Source: Chiloscyllium plagiosum
Taxonomy: Eukaryota
Direction: 5' to 3'
NCBI RefSeq assembly: GCF_004010195.1
Contig: NC_057718.1
Location: forward strand, 57,303,023-57,367,022
Length of the DNA: 64,000 nucleotides
How positions within the stretch are numbered: position 1 is the first letter of the stretch; each line of letters starts with the position of its first letter. The position numbers and the translations under genes were made by a program. Below are positions 1 to 14,057 of this stretch, piece by piece. The notes under the pieces are model-generated. The model was not told the DNA's origin and did no database searches. It was given only the letters and a program-made list of their open reading frames with translations.

Positions 1-330
1 GCCCAATTGGGTGTAACAGCATTTACTGCACATCTCAAAAAGAAAGACTTGAAACATTTATAGACCTACTTCACTCCTGCACTTTGGGGAGGTTCAAAGG
101 CAGCTAAAAGAAAATTATGACTTCAATGGTATAAGTTCTGGCAATATTTTTTCATTGTGACTGCAAAACTATAAAATTGTTCTCTACCAGATTGCATTAA
201 TATAACAGGTAAGCAGTCTAGCAGGTCTAGAGCCATGTAACTGTGCAATAGTCTGGAAATTTCCACGCAGGCTGTACATAAGTTGGCCCCTTCAAGTTAT
301 CATGCACTTGTTACCATGCAAAAACTTAAT

Positions 331-871
331 GGGGAGAACATGATGACTGGAGATCAGAGTCAAGAGTGTGGTTATTTATCTGTCAGTCCACAAGCCTCAT
401 TCCTGATGAAGGGCTTATGTCCGAAATGTTGATTCTCCTGCTCCTTGGATGTTGTCTGATCTGTTGTGCTTTTCCAGCACCACACTCTCGATTCTGATCT
501 ACAGCATCTGCAGTCCTCACCTTCTCCTAGTTGATTTCAACCTGGCTGCGAAGTCTCTTCCAAGGATGCCTATCTTGAAGAAGTTCTCCTACTCTCTCTC
601 TACAAGGATGCGAGTGAGTCTCTCTGTCACTGCACCTCCCTCACCTCCTTCCCCCCAAACCCTCGGTCATCTCCTCTGCCCTGAACCTCTTCAGCCACGT
701 CCTAAATCAGACTCACTATCATAACCACACCTCCTTCCTCAATGCCTGCCTACGGAACCGACTGATCCCATATGGACTCCATTCCTGATGAAGGGCTTAT
801 ACCCAAAAAGTTGATTCTCCTGCTCCTTGGATGCTGCCTGATGTACTGTGCTTTTCCAGCACCTCACACAA
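331..871 (+). mobile_element. Penelope-like (Neptune-type) mini-element: short inverted pLTR stub, pLTR, about 250 bp internal sequence, second pLTR
   Basis: Two direct copies of attcctgatgaagggcttat...gattctcctgctccttggatg (399-527 and 781-868); flanked by caaaaa(c/t)ttaat at 319-330 and 872-883. Confidence 0.75.
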
Positions 872-1467
872 CAAAAATTTAATAGTGCACGCATTCCATA
901 AAAACAAGAGCAAACACTAATTCAAATCCCAAAAATGAAAATTTCAAAATTGTAGGTGCCAAAATTGCAACATACTACATACTTTTCTAGGAATTTTGAA
1001 GCTTTGAGCCTCAGATTTTCATTCTATATATACCATTAATAACTGGCAGTGTACACAAAGTTTGCCAGCTATAATAACTTGAGTTTCCCTTGAGTAAGTG
1101 ACAGTATTTTGAAAATTAGGATTGGGGCAAGAGGAAGATGACAGGCAAAAGTGCTAGTATTAGCAAGGGATTTCACACTGGTGAGTTAGATAATCACAGC
1201 TTTGAAGCATGCAAAATGATGCATGTCTGGATCAAATTTTAAGATACTCGGAGGAGCCGTCATTTGTGTCACTAATAACTGTCGTCAAACAGCAAGGTCT
1301 TTTAAAATTAAAAGAACGTTTAATGGGGATAATATTGATAAGTTAATGAGGCCCTTAGTCTTTTGAGTGGCATTAGGTTAAATTTAATGTTGTTTTCTAT
1401 AAGATTTGATTGCTGCATTTTTGTAGTGGCCTCTCCCCATGCCTCTCATTCCCTGTCTCACCACTTG

Positions 1468-1690
1468 GGAGAAAGCGAGGACTGCAGATGCTGGAGATCA
1501 TAATTGAAAAGTGTGGCGCTAGAAAAGCACATCAGGTCAGACAGCATCCAAGGAGCAGGTGAGTTGATGCTTTGGGCATAAGCTCTTCAGCAGGGATGTG
1601 ACAAGCGCTAATGCCCAAAACATCGACTCTCCTGCTCCTTGGATGCTGCCTGACCTGCCATGCGTTTCCAGTGCCACACTTTTCGATCCT
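1468..1690. mobile_element. Fold-back (inverted pLTR) PLE mini-element, decayed
   Basis: Left arm ...aaaagcacatcaggtcagacagcatccaaggagcagg is the reverse complement of the right arm cctgctccttggatgctgcctgacctg...; TSD tctcac(c/t)acttg at 1456-1467 and 1691-1702. Confidence 0.8.
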
Positions 1691-2732
1691 TCTCACTACT
1701 TGCCCCTCTTAGATTTGTGCTCCCTTTCAAGATCCAGGTAAGATTCAAAGCTGTAGAATTCCCAGCTGGGCATGTATAGTCCATGTTTTTAAAACAAAAA
1801 ATTCAAAGTTGATCCTGTCTCAATGCTCTTCTTCTGAATCCTTACTAACAGCAAGTAGGAGCATTTGAAAAAAATGGATTGTAAACCCTCCCGCTCAGCA
1901 CTTCTAAAGTTTTAGGATTCAAACCTCCGCAACACTGGAGCTTTGCCTCCAGAACAGATAACCAGGAAGGAATTGGCAAGTGTGAAAACCACCGAGTGGA
2001 AGATTTAGAAAGAAGATGGGTTGGGGTAAGAGGGAATGGTATGTAGCAACCAGGTGGATAAGGCAAGTTCAGGAAACAGGATTTTCTACAAACAGAAGAT
2101 ATTGTAGCAAGAACTTTCATTTTTCCTCAATGCTTTCAAAATTTTTAAAAAGGTATTCCATTTGCCAGTACAGCTGTGTGAAATATTTCAATACAAGATG
2201 GTATAATGTTTTAATATTTATTTTTTCTACAAGTAAGAATCTACAGAATATAGAGTTTTAACAGTGAATCTCAATTTTAACTGAGGACTTTTATTGCATT
2301 GATAATTATGTGGAACCATCCTTCAATGCAAAGCATAGGAAATTCTGCCATGGAGGCTATATAAATCCTGTGTATACTAATTCACTTTCTGCTGTCAAAC
2401 TAATAATTTGGTGGTTTGATTATATTGCTAGTCATTTACAGTTATCTTTATGTTGGAAGTAACGCATTTGTATGTGGTTTTATGGTGATGAAAAGTGTCC
2501 TTGAAATTACACCCATGAGGGTGGGAATGATGAAATAGAAAATGATGCAAGTTCACCATCTATCAAATCACTGGATGTTTTTAACATGAGCATTTCTCAC
2601 CCAGGATTTTTATTAAGAGGACAGTAAATTTTCAAGGTATACCACAATAGACTATTGTGACAGCATAATCCAAGTCTGATAGCTAAATGCAATAACAACA
2701 GTCTGAATAGGGATGCAGATTGTCACAAGCTG

Positions 2733-3254
2733 CATCCCAATTCTGGTTTCCTTCCTATCGGAAAGATGTTATGAAACTTGAAAGGGTTCAGAAAAGATTT
2801 ACAAGGATGTTGCCAGGGTTGGAGGATCTGAGCTACAGGAAGAGGCTGAACAGGCTGGGGCTGTTTTCCCTGGAACATCTGTGGCTGAGGGGTGACCTTA
2901 TAGAAGTTTACAAAATTATGAGGGGCATGGATAGGATAAATAGACAAAGTCTTTTCCCTGGCATTGGGGATTTCCAGAACTAGAGGGCATAGTTTTAGGG
3001 TGAGAGGGGAAAGATATAAAAGAGACCTAAGGGGCAACTTTTTCACGCAGAGGGCGGCACGTGTATGGAATGAGCTGCATGAGGAAATGGTGGAGGTTGG
3101 TACAATTGCAACATTTAAGAGGCATTTGGATGGGTATATGAATAGGAAGGGTTTGGAGGGATATGGGCCAGGTGCTGGCAGGTGGGACTAGATTGGGTTG
3201 GGATATCTGGTTGGCATGGATCTGTTTCCATGCTGTACATCTCTATGACTCTAT
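2733..3254 (+). mobile_element. CR1 LINE 3' fragment
   Basis: QFW..YRKDVMKLERVQKRFTRMLPGLEDLSY...LRGDLIEVYKIMRG; RTRGHSFRV...NFFTQR; ends in ctctatgactctat tail. Confidence 0.9.
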
Positions 3255-6200
3255 AAGTGGTCTTAAAATTTGAATGGATTATAACTTGAATATTAGTGAA
3301 ATAAACTCTGAATCTGTTTTGGAATCTATTGTTCTTCATGCAGAGAAGTTTGAGTATGGCAGGGGTCCTCTTGTGATGGAGTCATAGTGTATCTACCCCT
3401 TGACTGAGGTGTCTGGGTAAAACCCCATCTGTTTTAGAGGTGTGCAGTAATTTCTCTGAACAGGTTGATTAGAAAAATAAAAAGGGAGTAGAAATAAAAT
3501 CAAAAGCAGAGGGAATGAAGCTTCTTCTTGGACAAGTCTCAGTTACCAAACAGGACTTTTTAATGCAACACAGGTAACGGTCTTGACTAACTGCTCAATG
3601 TGCACCCACAAATGTAAGATCTTCTGTGCAAACATTTAACACCTAGTAAGGAATATCTTTTTCCCCTCAACTTGGAACAAAATATACCTTTTGCCAAACG
3701 TGTGAATATCCAAGTCCAGAAAAGAGGTCAAACTCAATGAATTACAAATTCCGTGTAAAGGTCCACAGAGTGATAGGTAAAGATACAGAATCACATTTGA
3801 GGGGACAGTTAAAAAAGAAATTTCCCTGAAACTTTCCAACCTGTCTTGGCTAAAGTAGCACCTCAGGTAGGACTATATTGATGGATAATATTAAAAGTAC
3901 ATGTGAATTCATGCACTTGTCAACTATTTGCAAAAGAAAGAGTCTTTTGAATGTTTGTAAACAGAAAGCTTAAGTTAAATTTTCAATTTCCACACTGGAC
4001 TTCTATTCATAAAATCCAGCACCCCATATATTTATTAAACTTTCTGAACCTGCCTTGCTACTAATAAATTGGTGCATTTTCATCCTCGGGTTTTGCTACT
4101 TATGCAATCCCTTCGGAACTGTGTCTTTTATTTTATGTTGCCGCTCCCCATTCTTATTACCAAAATATACCACATCACATTCCTCTGCATTAACTTACAT
4201 GTGAAATGGGTCCACTCTATCCATCATCCTGACTATATCCAAATTTTGAAACTGCATCTAGGGTATTAATATATATATACTTATATTATGTATATTACAT
4301 ATAGTGGTCTTAGTATCAATACCTTGGTACTCTTTCCTCCAGTCCAAAATACAATCGTTGACCACTACTGTAACTCAGGTAAACCGAAATCCTCGCTGCC
4401 ATTTTTCCCTTTTATTCCATGGTTTCAACATTTTAAGTATTATTGTTCAGTTTAGACAAGCAAATGCATCATTCCTCATTATTTGCAGCACTGTTTCAGA
4501 TATTTTTTTCAAGATCAAACAATACCACAGAAGACTTGTTTACTTCTTCGAGAAGACATGTTTATAACAAAACTTCAGACAGACTTTATTCAATCAACAT
4601 ACATCTACCATGAGACTACTGTTATTGCATTTAGCCAAACTTGCTATCGCAGTCAGCTTTTGTAGCATACCTTACAATTAAAATATACTGTCCTCTTAAA
4701 AAGAAATAAAAAATCCTGGGTAAAAAATGCTCACTTTATAACATCCTATGATTTAATATATGAGCAATTTGCTTCCTTTTCTATTTCACCACTCCCACCC
4801 ATGGACGTAATTTCAAGGACACTTTGAAATAAAGTCACCACCCATAAATGCAACACTTTCTTCATAAACATAACTAAATGACTTAACAATATAACCAAAC
4901 TGCCAAATTACTAGCTTGACTACAGAAAGTGAATTAGCATGCACAAAACTGACTACATGGCAGAGTTCTCAAAGGAGCATAGGAACAGTCTGCCATACAA
5001 GTAGTTACGAAGATTGTGAAATCAAGATTGCATATCATAAAACTTATAACAGGAATACAATTTACAATCCATCTAGCTAGAACGGCACAGCAAGGTTAAG
5101 AACTGCATAACTTAAGTCTATTTTATACAAGGCTCTGAAGATGATAGCATTGGTAATGATGAGTTATGTACAATAGGAGACAAACTACAATTGGATTGTT
5201 GTAAAGTGTCCTACACATCTTATCAAAAGGTCACTAAAGGAGGAGATTCGAATGCTGTTTTATTACGATTACATTAAGGTGACAGCATACCTTCTAAATG
5301 AGAAACTTTAAAAAACAGATCTACATTCACTAAATGGGAGATTAAAAGGAAAAGAAGTGTTCAAAATGAGCTGTGTTATTTCCACTGTCAATGAATGGCC
5401 AACAAGAGGATTGAAAATTCAGTAGCTATTACAGTTAATCACAACAAGTCAACAAGGAATTAATACCTCCCAAACTTCACAAATAAGAAGCATGCTTTGA
5501 TAAGAATTGGAAAATGTGATTAGAGTAGGTGACATGGGGACAGCAATAACATTGGGGACAAACCAACTAAACATTCTTTTAAAAGAAAGTTCGGAATGTA
5601 ACCAAGTTTTTGAAAGCATTTTGTTGACAACTCTTGTGTACACTGAGGTTTCTATGCCAACACATAAACAAAAGTGGTCTGAGGCGAAAACATACTCCAT
5701 CGGTTGTGTGAATTAAATATGCAGTGGACAGAGAGAAAAGAGGTCCTTGCAAGAGTAGTGTAGTCTCATTACAATGAGTAGTATATATATATAAAAAAAA
5801 GTACTGGAATAACCAGCTTTAGCAAACAACCAACTATTAACAGTTGAATTTGACTGAAAACAGTGAATTCAGATCAATTCTTTTTAGTTTGTGTTTTTTT
5901 TGAAAAAGATATGAGAACTCCACTGAAACACATTTTTAAAAACCAAAAGATAAAAGATGGAACAAAAATCGACTGCACAGTTGAACTTGCTACCATTATG
6001 TTGAGACTAATTTTGAAATTTAATATTAAATAATGGTTAACTTTTTTGGTTAAAGGATTTACATAAATTAAGCAGTTGCATCCTAATTGCAAACAGCTCA
6101 GCAATCCGATTACTAGTGGTCTACTCAAGAGGGTAGGCTCAATCTTCATGTTATCTTCTCCAATTGTAATACAATCTGGCAATCTTGAACAAACAAGAAC

Positions 6201-7529
6201 CACGTTGCTAAGAACTGCACTGTTTGATTGCATTTATGGTGCAAGTAATTTATATTTCAAATAACTTAGACCTGCACATTGTTATCTACAGAATTGTGCT
6301 GCATTATGATCCTCATTAGTTTTATAGGGCCACTGAATATAACAGTATTAATGATGATGAAAAATAGTTAGGCCATAACTGAAGTACAGCAACAAGTTTT
6401 GGACACTATTATAGATAAACTGAAGTCCTTTAAGGTGGTACAATGAAGATTTACTAAGATGAAATCAGAGATATAAAGTTATTGCCTAGATAAGTTATTT
6501 GATAAACTAGAGATGCATTGGCTTGAACAGAAATTAAAAATCTGAACAAAAACTGGTCATTTAAATCCATCAGCAAGAGTGAAAAGGACAAAACTGAGTG
6601 TATAAAGCCCAAATTTTGTTAGCTCCTCCCCCATTATAAATCAAATGCACCTATTTAACTGAAAAAATGCATGGAAGTGCAAACAAACAACCTAATCATC
6701 AGATTTTGCATAAATCTCAAAAGATTCTTCACGTTTTCCCACATTCTGAAAAAAAGCATTGCAGAGCTATGAGTGCGATTGTTTTATGAAATAAGCAGAC
6801 AGCAAATGACTGTGCTTGTGTGGTGGTGGTGAGGAAGCTATACCGCAGTGACATGCTGATAGAAAGAAGTTATAAATAATGTGAAACATCAGTGGATCAG
6901 TGTGACAAGAAGAGACAGGAAGAGTAGATGGCATGGAAGCTGAGCGCAATACTTTTGTTGAAAACCCACATTATGAGCAACCTTGTGGCCATAACTGGTT
7001 CCTCATCCACCACACCAACCACCAATTCCTACCTGAAAAATGTTGAAGAAGATGGCTGAGAGAAACATCAGAAGTGTGCAACAGAAATAGTGATACCATA
7101 TTCTCTACCTTATTGTATCCAATAGCATGGAAGATAAATGAGTATGTACAATTAAATATTTTCCAGTGGAGAACTCCAAACAAATTTGCATAAGTTTTTA
7201 AGACAATGGAACACCAATGAAAATCAAAATTCAACTTTTCATTTAGCACACTTAGAATCAATGCTGATTATTAATCATTGTAAAAACTATGGCAGTTAAT
7301 AGTTTGGCAGAATAAACTTTTAATTACCTGCAAAGTATCATAGTTAACATGGAAGACTTACATTTATTAGTGCTTTTTGCAATCAACCATGGTCTCAAAG
7401 TGCTTCATATCCAAAGAATTTAAGTGCACTTAACATTGCAAAGCAGGAACTGATGGCATTCTCAAATTTAAAAAAATGCCAATGTTTGACAAAAAAATTA
7501 AACTGTTTAAGAATGTGGATACCACTGGC

Positions 7530-7894
7530 AAGGAAGACCTTACAGGAGGTTTATAAAATCATGAAGGAGTATGGATAGAGTGAAGAGCCAAGATAGTCTT
7601 CTTCAAGGTTGGGAAGTCCAAAACTGGAGGGCATAGGTTTAAGGTGAAAGGGGAAAGATTTAAAAGGGGACTAAGAGGCAACTTTTTTCACCAGAGTGGT
7701 GCATGTATGAAATGAGCTGCCAGAAGAAGTGATGGCGGCTGGTACAATTACAACATTTAAAAGGCAACTGAATGGGTACATGAATAGGAAGAGTTTACAG
7801 GCCAAATGGGACTAGATTAATCTGGGATTTCTAGTCACTTTGGACAAATTGGACCAAAAAGTCTGCTTCCATGCTGTACAACCCTATGACTCTA
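7530..7894 (+). mobile_element. CR1 LINE 3' fragment
   Basis: Homologous to 2890-3254, ends ctatgactctat. Confidence 0.85.
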
Positions 7895-8199
7895 TTTAAA
7901 ATTGCTTTCCATACCAATTTGAACGTTAAAATATATTTAGCATTCAAAACTGTGGGTATTGTTTAGAAATATATTTGGCCATGCAACAGATCTTCCATTA
8001 AATAGCAATCTTCCAATAATGCAGTTTTTACAAATAACGAGAAAAATGACAGGTAAATACCCTTCTCTTAATGTTACTGATTTTATGCACTGGGTTAAAC
8101 AAAAACACCCAACATACACCATGTCAATCTGTTTAAAGGTTGTTTGCAAGCTTCCAATTTCTGAAACAAAGCACAAATTGAAATGGCTTAACTCATGTC

Positions 8200-8643
8200 T
8201 CTTCACAAGAATGCTGCCGGGGTTGGAGGTTTGAGCTATAGGGTGAGGCTGAATAAGCTGCAGCTGTTTGCCCTGGAGCACGGAGGCTGAGGGATGACTT
8301 TATGGAGGTTTATAAAATCATGAGAGAGGTGGATAGGGTAAGCAGACATGGTGTTTTCCCTGGGTGGGAGAGTCCAAAACTAAAGGGCATCAGTTTAGGG
8401 TGACAGGGGAAAGATTTGAAAGGGACCCAAGGGCAACTTTGTCATTCAGAAGCTATGGAATGATGTGCCAGAGGAAGTGGGGAGGCTGGTACAATTACAA
8501 CATTTAAAAGGCATCTGGATGGATTTAGAGGGATATGGGCCAAGTGGCAGCAAATGGGACTAGACTAATTTAGGATATCTGGTTGGCATAGATGAGTTGG
8601 ACCAAAGAGCTTGATTCCATGCTGTACATCTCTAGGATTCTAT
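8200..8643 (+). mobile_element. CR1 LINE 3' fragment, ends about 30 bp from PPP4R3B exon 3
   Basis: FTRMLPGLEV... through the ccatgctgtacatctcta tail. Confidence 0.85.
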
Positions 8644-8652
8644 AACCAGTTA

Positions 8653-8805
<153 letters not shown>

Positions 8806-9111
8806 TCATCTGCAAATACTTTAGATAATATTTCATAAATCAATCAATTCAAAATGCAGTGAGCAACCTGGATGCTATTGATTTTCCTTTGCTACATCCT
8901 TAGAAAATGAAATAAACTAAACACACTTAGAACCCATTACTGTATGAATAAAAATAAGCAAAAACTCTAAACAACTCAACTGAGTCTGCATATCTGCACA
9001 TGATTTTAATTATAAAATATTCCTTAATGTAGCTCCCAATTATCATATTCCCCTCTACGCATAAAAAGTGAAAAAAAAATCTGAATTTGTGCAATAGTTC
9101 ACAGAGCTTAC

Positions 9112-9167
9112 TTGCTGCTTCTGGTAAGCGGTATTCGGATTGATTTTCGATTCCAGTAGAAGCGAAC
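9112..9167 (-). CDS. PPP4R3B: PPP4R3B coding exon 2
   Basis: 56 nt, tag|GT...CAA|gtaagc; (G)SLLLESKINPNTAYQKQQ; phase matches exon 1. Confidence 0.96.
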
Positions 9168-9359
9168 CTAGTAGAACGAAACACAAAGAATGAGCATATT
9201 TTCCACCTGTCCTACACACATTAGCCTCTATAATAAATATTATTTAAATCTACACCTCCTCGTTCCAGCACGTCACATTGGCACAATTTCCTGGACTCTC
9301 CACAATTACAACGTTTGCCTCATATTTCATTCAGGGTCATTTGGAAACTCGTAATTAGT

Positions 9360-10110
<751 letters not shown>

Positions 10111-10229
10111 AGGGAACTTCTTTGGCACTTTCCATTCGGCTTGGGGATTTTTGGATTTGGATTGCTCATACACGAACTGGAAATATTCCAAGTCTCTCAA
10201 TTCATCTCCACAAGCTTCAAGTGATGCTT

Positions 10230-10356
10230 GGGGCGGCACAATGGCTATTCTGCCTCACAGCACAAGGGACCTGGGTTTAATTCCGCCCTGGGTGACGTAT
10301 AAAGTTTGCATGCGTTTTCTCCAGGGTCTGCAGTTTTCTTTCCCTCCTCCAAAGTC
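10230..10356 (+). mobile_element. Degenerate HE1/V-SINE-like SINE fragment
   Basis: gggcggcaca...tgcctcacagcacaagggacctgggtttaattcc resembles the head of the SINE at 38312. Confidence 0.6.
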
Positions 10357-10643
10357 TTTTTAAAAATTCATTAACAGGATGAGGGTGTCACTGGCTAGGC
10401 CAGCATTTATTGCCCATCCATAATTGCCCAGAGGGCAGTTAAGAGTCAACCACAAGATGTGTAGTTTCCTTCCCTCAAGGGCATTAGAAAACTAGATTTT
10501 TTTTCAACAATTGACAATAGTTTCACAGTCATCATTGCTGCACTGGCAACTATAATTGTAATGCTGCTGCAAGGAAATCTTACCCTCAGGTGCATATATC
10601 AAAGCCATAAACTGAACCAGACTATATCTCTGGGCTCTTACTG

Positions 10644-10870
10644 AGGTAAAAACAATGACTGCAGATGCTGGAAACCAGATTCTGGATCAGTGGTGCTGGA
10701 AGAGCACAGCAATTCAGGCAGCATCCGAGGACAGGCAAAATCGACGTTTCGGGCTAAAGCCCTTCATCAGGAATAAAACCTGATGAAGGGCTTTTGCCCG
10801 AAACATCGATTTTGCTTGTCCTCGGATGCTGCCTGAATTGCTGTGCTCTTCCAGCACCACTGATCCAGAA
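10644..10870. mobile_element. Fold-back PLE mini-element with a hammerhead motif in each arm
   Basis: 10681-10771 is near-perfectly complementary to 10779-10870 with a loop of only a few nt. Confidence 0.9.
10739..10774 (-). ncRNA. Minimal type I hammerhead ribozyme, family A, intact core
   Basis: AUUC CUGAUGA A GGGC UUUA GCCC GAAAC GUC/GAUU. Confidence 0.8.
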
Positions 10871-11429
10871 CTGCTCTTCACTTACTGTCATATCACTTTG
10901 AGCCCACCTACATGGTTGCAAAATCCCTGCCCTCCCTTGCCTTTTGCATATTGCCCTCTCAGACAAGGTCACATTACTGCTGCCTTGCAGACACAAAACC
11001 AGGAAACTAGTCATGGTTGTTAGCAGGCCTCAATCCAGTCAACGGGGATAGCTTAGCACAACAAGTCCAATACTAGTCCAGGCCCTGTCTGGACAGGCAG
11101 TGTCAGGATCTTCTGCTCAAAATGAGTGAGGAGCTGATTAACAGGCAGAACACCTTTCATGTTGGCTGTTTATTTAGGGCAGTTTTCCACATGGAATGCA
11201 AGAGAAACAGCATTATGGAAAATGAAAGTGGGTGGCACAGCTGATGCAGGTGGGAACGTTTTCTGAATGAATGAATTGGCAGTGCATAGAGCATGCAGGG
11301 TTAGTGATGTCACAAGTTGGGATAGATGAGGATGACTGGTAAAGATCACCCATGATTATTGCTGTCTCTTTACCACATGCAACCAATATTTTTTCTTGTG
11401 ACAAGATTAATTAATAACATCAGAATAAA

Positions 11430-12260
11430 GACATTTCTCAGAGCAGCAACCACAAGATGATTGAATTTTATTTCCAATTTGAAAGGGAGAAGTTGAATCT
11501 GAAGGCTAGTATTTTAAACCTAAATAAGGGCACTACATGGATATAAAACTGGACCAGCTGATGTGAACTGGCATTCTAGGCTAAAAGGTAGATCAACAGT
11601 GACGCGGTGGCAAACATTTAAGGGAATACCTCAAATACCCAGATTAGGTATATCCTTAATTTAAAGAAAAAATCTAAGAGATGGATCCACTATTTGTGGC
11701 AAACATAAATTAAGCAAAGCATCTAACTTGAGGGAAAAAGGTAAGTGTGGAAAGCTGAGCGTCAGATCAGATGATTGGTCAAAATATAAAGAATAGCACA
11801 GAATAACTAAAGGTTAATTAAGAGAAAGAAATTAGAGTAAGGAGGAGGTTAGCTCAGAATAAAGGTAAGGGATTTCTGGACGTATTCAAAAAAGAAAAGA
11901 ATAAATAAGTTGAGTGTCACCAGAGAGTGAGAATTAGGAGTTAATAGTACATAATAGAAAATAATAGATGATATGAACAATATTTTACTCATGTCTTCTC
12001 TGCAGAGGAAATAAATATTATCCCAGCAACAGCTGTAAATTGTGAGGTTGAAGGAAGAGAGGAATGTTGTAAAATTCCAATCATAGGCAAGCAGTACTAA
12101 GCAAATTAAAAGAGCAATGAGTTGACAAGCCTCCAGGTCCAGATGGACTTTATCCTAAACTCTTAAAAGAACTAACATACTAATACATGCATTGATGCTA
12201 ACTTTCCAAAATTTGCTTGATTCAGGATAGGTTTCATTAGACTAGAAAATTTGGAGAGCT
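11430..12260 (+). mobile_element. Old degenerate CR1 ORF2 fragment
   Basis: DHKMIEF-like start; gacaagcctccaggtccagatgg (DK.PGPDG) RT-proximal motif. Confidence 0.6.
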
Positions 12261-12575
12261 GGGTAATATGTGTTTTGGCTGAATGACAATCTCTAAACCT
12301 ATTGCTGTACTCTTGCCATTTTTGCAACAAAATACCTCTGTGAGCGAGCATTTTCAACATTCATTTACATGAAAAATAACAGGAGGGAGAAATTGTCAGT
12401 GGAACAAAATCTGTGGATATGGCTCTCTCATCAAATCCTCCCCAGATCAAAAATTCTGCACATTGACAGGCCCAGGTTTCCCACTAACTCAGTGAAGAAG
12501 GCATACAAGATATTTGTGCTGAAAATGTGTTGCTGGAAAAGCGCAGCAGGTCAGGCAGCATCCAAGGAACAGAAG

Positions 12576-12611
12576 AATCGACGTTTCGGGCATAAGCCCT
12601 TCTTCAGGAAT
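12576..12611 (-). ncRNA. Minimal type I hammerhead ribozyme, family A, intact core
   Basis: AUUC CUGAAGA A GGGC UUAU GCCC GAAAC GUC/GAUU. Confidence 0.8.
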
Positions 12612-12807
12612 GAGGAAAGTGTGTCCAGCAGGCTAAGATAAAAGGTAGGGAAGAGGGACTTGGGGGAGGGGCGTTGGAAATGCGATAGGTGGAAGGAGGT
12701 CGAGGTGAGGAAGAAGATTGCAGGTTAGGAAGGTGGTGCTGAGTATGAAGGATTTGATTGAGAGAAGGTGGGGGGAGGGGAAATGAGGAAACTGGAGAAA
12801 TCTGAGT

Positions 12808-13615
12808 NNNNNNNNNNNNNNNNNNNNNNNNNNNNNNNNNNNNNNNNNNNNNNNNNNNNNNNNNNNNNNNNNNNNNNNNNNNNNNNNNNNNNNNNNNNNN
12901 NNNNNNNNNNNNNNNNNNNNNNNNNNNNNNNNNNNNNNNNNNNNNNNNNNNNNNNNNNNNNNNNNNNNNNNNNNNNNNNNNNNNNNNNNNNNNNNNNNNN
13001 NNNNNNNNNNNNNNNNNNNNNNNNNNNNNNNNNNNNNNNNNNNNNNNNNNNNNNNNNNNNNNNNNNNNNNNNNNNNNNNNNNNNNNNNNNNNNNNNNNNN
13101 NNNNNNNNNNNNNNNNNNNNNNNNNNNNNNNNNNNNNNNNNNNNNNNNNNNNNNNNNNNNNNNNNNNNNNNNNNNNNNNNNNNNNNNNNNNNNNNNNNNN
13201 NNNNNNNNNNNNNNNNNNNNNNNNNNNNNNNNNNNNNNNNNNNNNNNNNNNNNNNNNNNNNNNNNNNNNNNNNNNNNNNNNNNNNNNNNNNNNNNNNNNN
13301 NNNNNNNNNNNNNNNNNNNNNNNNNNNNNNNNNNNNNNNNNNNNNNNNNNNNNNNNNNNNNNNNNNNNNNNNNNNNNNNNNNNNNNNNNNNNNNNNNNNN
13401 NNNNNNNNNNNNNNNNNNNNNNNNNNNNNNNNNNNNNNNNNNNNNNNNNNNNNNNNNNNNNNNNNNNNNNNNNNNNNNNNNNNNNNNNNNNNNNNNNNNN
13501 NNNNNNNNNNNNNNNNNNNNNNNNNNNNNNNNNNNNNNNNNNNNNNNNNNNNNNNNNNNNNNNNNNNNNNNNNNNNNNNNNNNNNNNNNNNNNNNNNNNN
13601 NNNNNNNNNNNNNNN
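12808..13615. other. Assembly gap (808 N)
   Basis: Run of N. Confidence 1.
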
Positions 13616-14057
13616 CCAGACCATAGCAACACGATGGTTGGAGGAAGAGCGTCTCATCTTCCACCTAGGAACCCTCCAACCACAAGAGATGAACTCAGAT
13701 TTCTCCAGTTTCCTCATTTCTCCTCCCCCCACCTTGTCTCAGTCAAATCCCTCGAACTCAGCACCGCCTTCCTAACCTGCAATTTTCTTCCTGACCTCTC
13801 CGCCCCCATCCCACTCCGGCCTATCAACCTCACCTTGACCTCCTTCCACCTATCGCATTTCCAATGCCCCTTCCCCAAGTCCCTCCTCCCTACCTTTTAT
13901 CTTAGCCTGCTGGACACACTTTCCTCATTCCTGAAGAAGGGCTTATGCCTGAAACATCGATTCTCCTGTTCCTTGGATGCTGCCTGACCTGCTGCGCTTT
14001 TCCAGCAACACATTTTCAGCTCTGATCTCCAGCATCTGCAGTCCTTACTTTCTCCTC

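Larger units (their letters stand above)
12517..14057. mobile_element. Neptune-type PLE with long inverted arms spanning the assembly gap
   Basis: 12517-12807 is the reverse complement of 13694-14020; right arm encodes a GIY-YIG C-terminus (LEEERLIFHLGTLQPQEMNSDF); TSD cataca(a/g)gatatttg at 12502-12516 and 14058-14072. Confidence 0.88.

Noticed and set aside
2710..2738. 9 bp hairpin gggatgcag/ctgcatccc at a CR1 5' junction
   Set aside because: Single short stem, compatible with chance or junction repair
6767..7261. Minus-strand ORFs and splice-like ttttcag|gtagg at about 7030 as a possible PPP4R3B exon 4
   Set aside because: Does not encode the expected VQGKDPS... sequence; no supportable exon. 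Exon 4 appears to lie outside the window
12604..13775. Four ORFs of about 340 aa
   Set aside because: Made of X residues from the N gap
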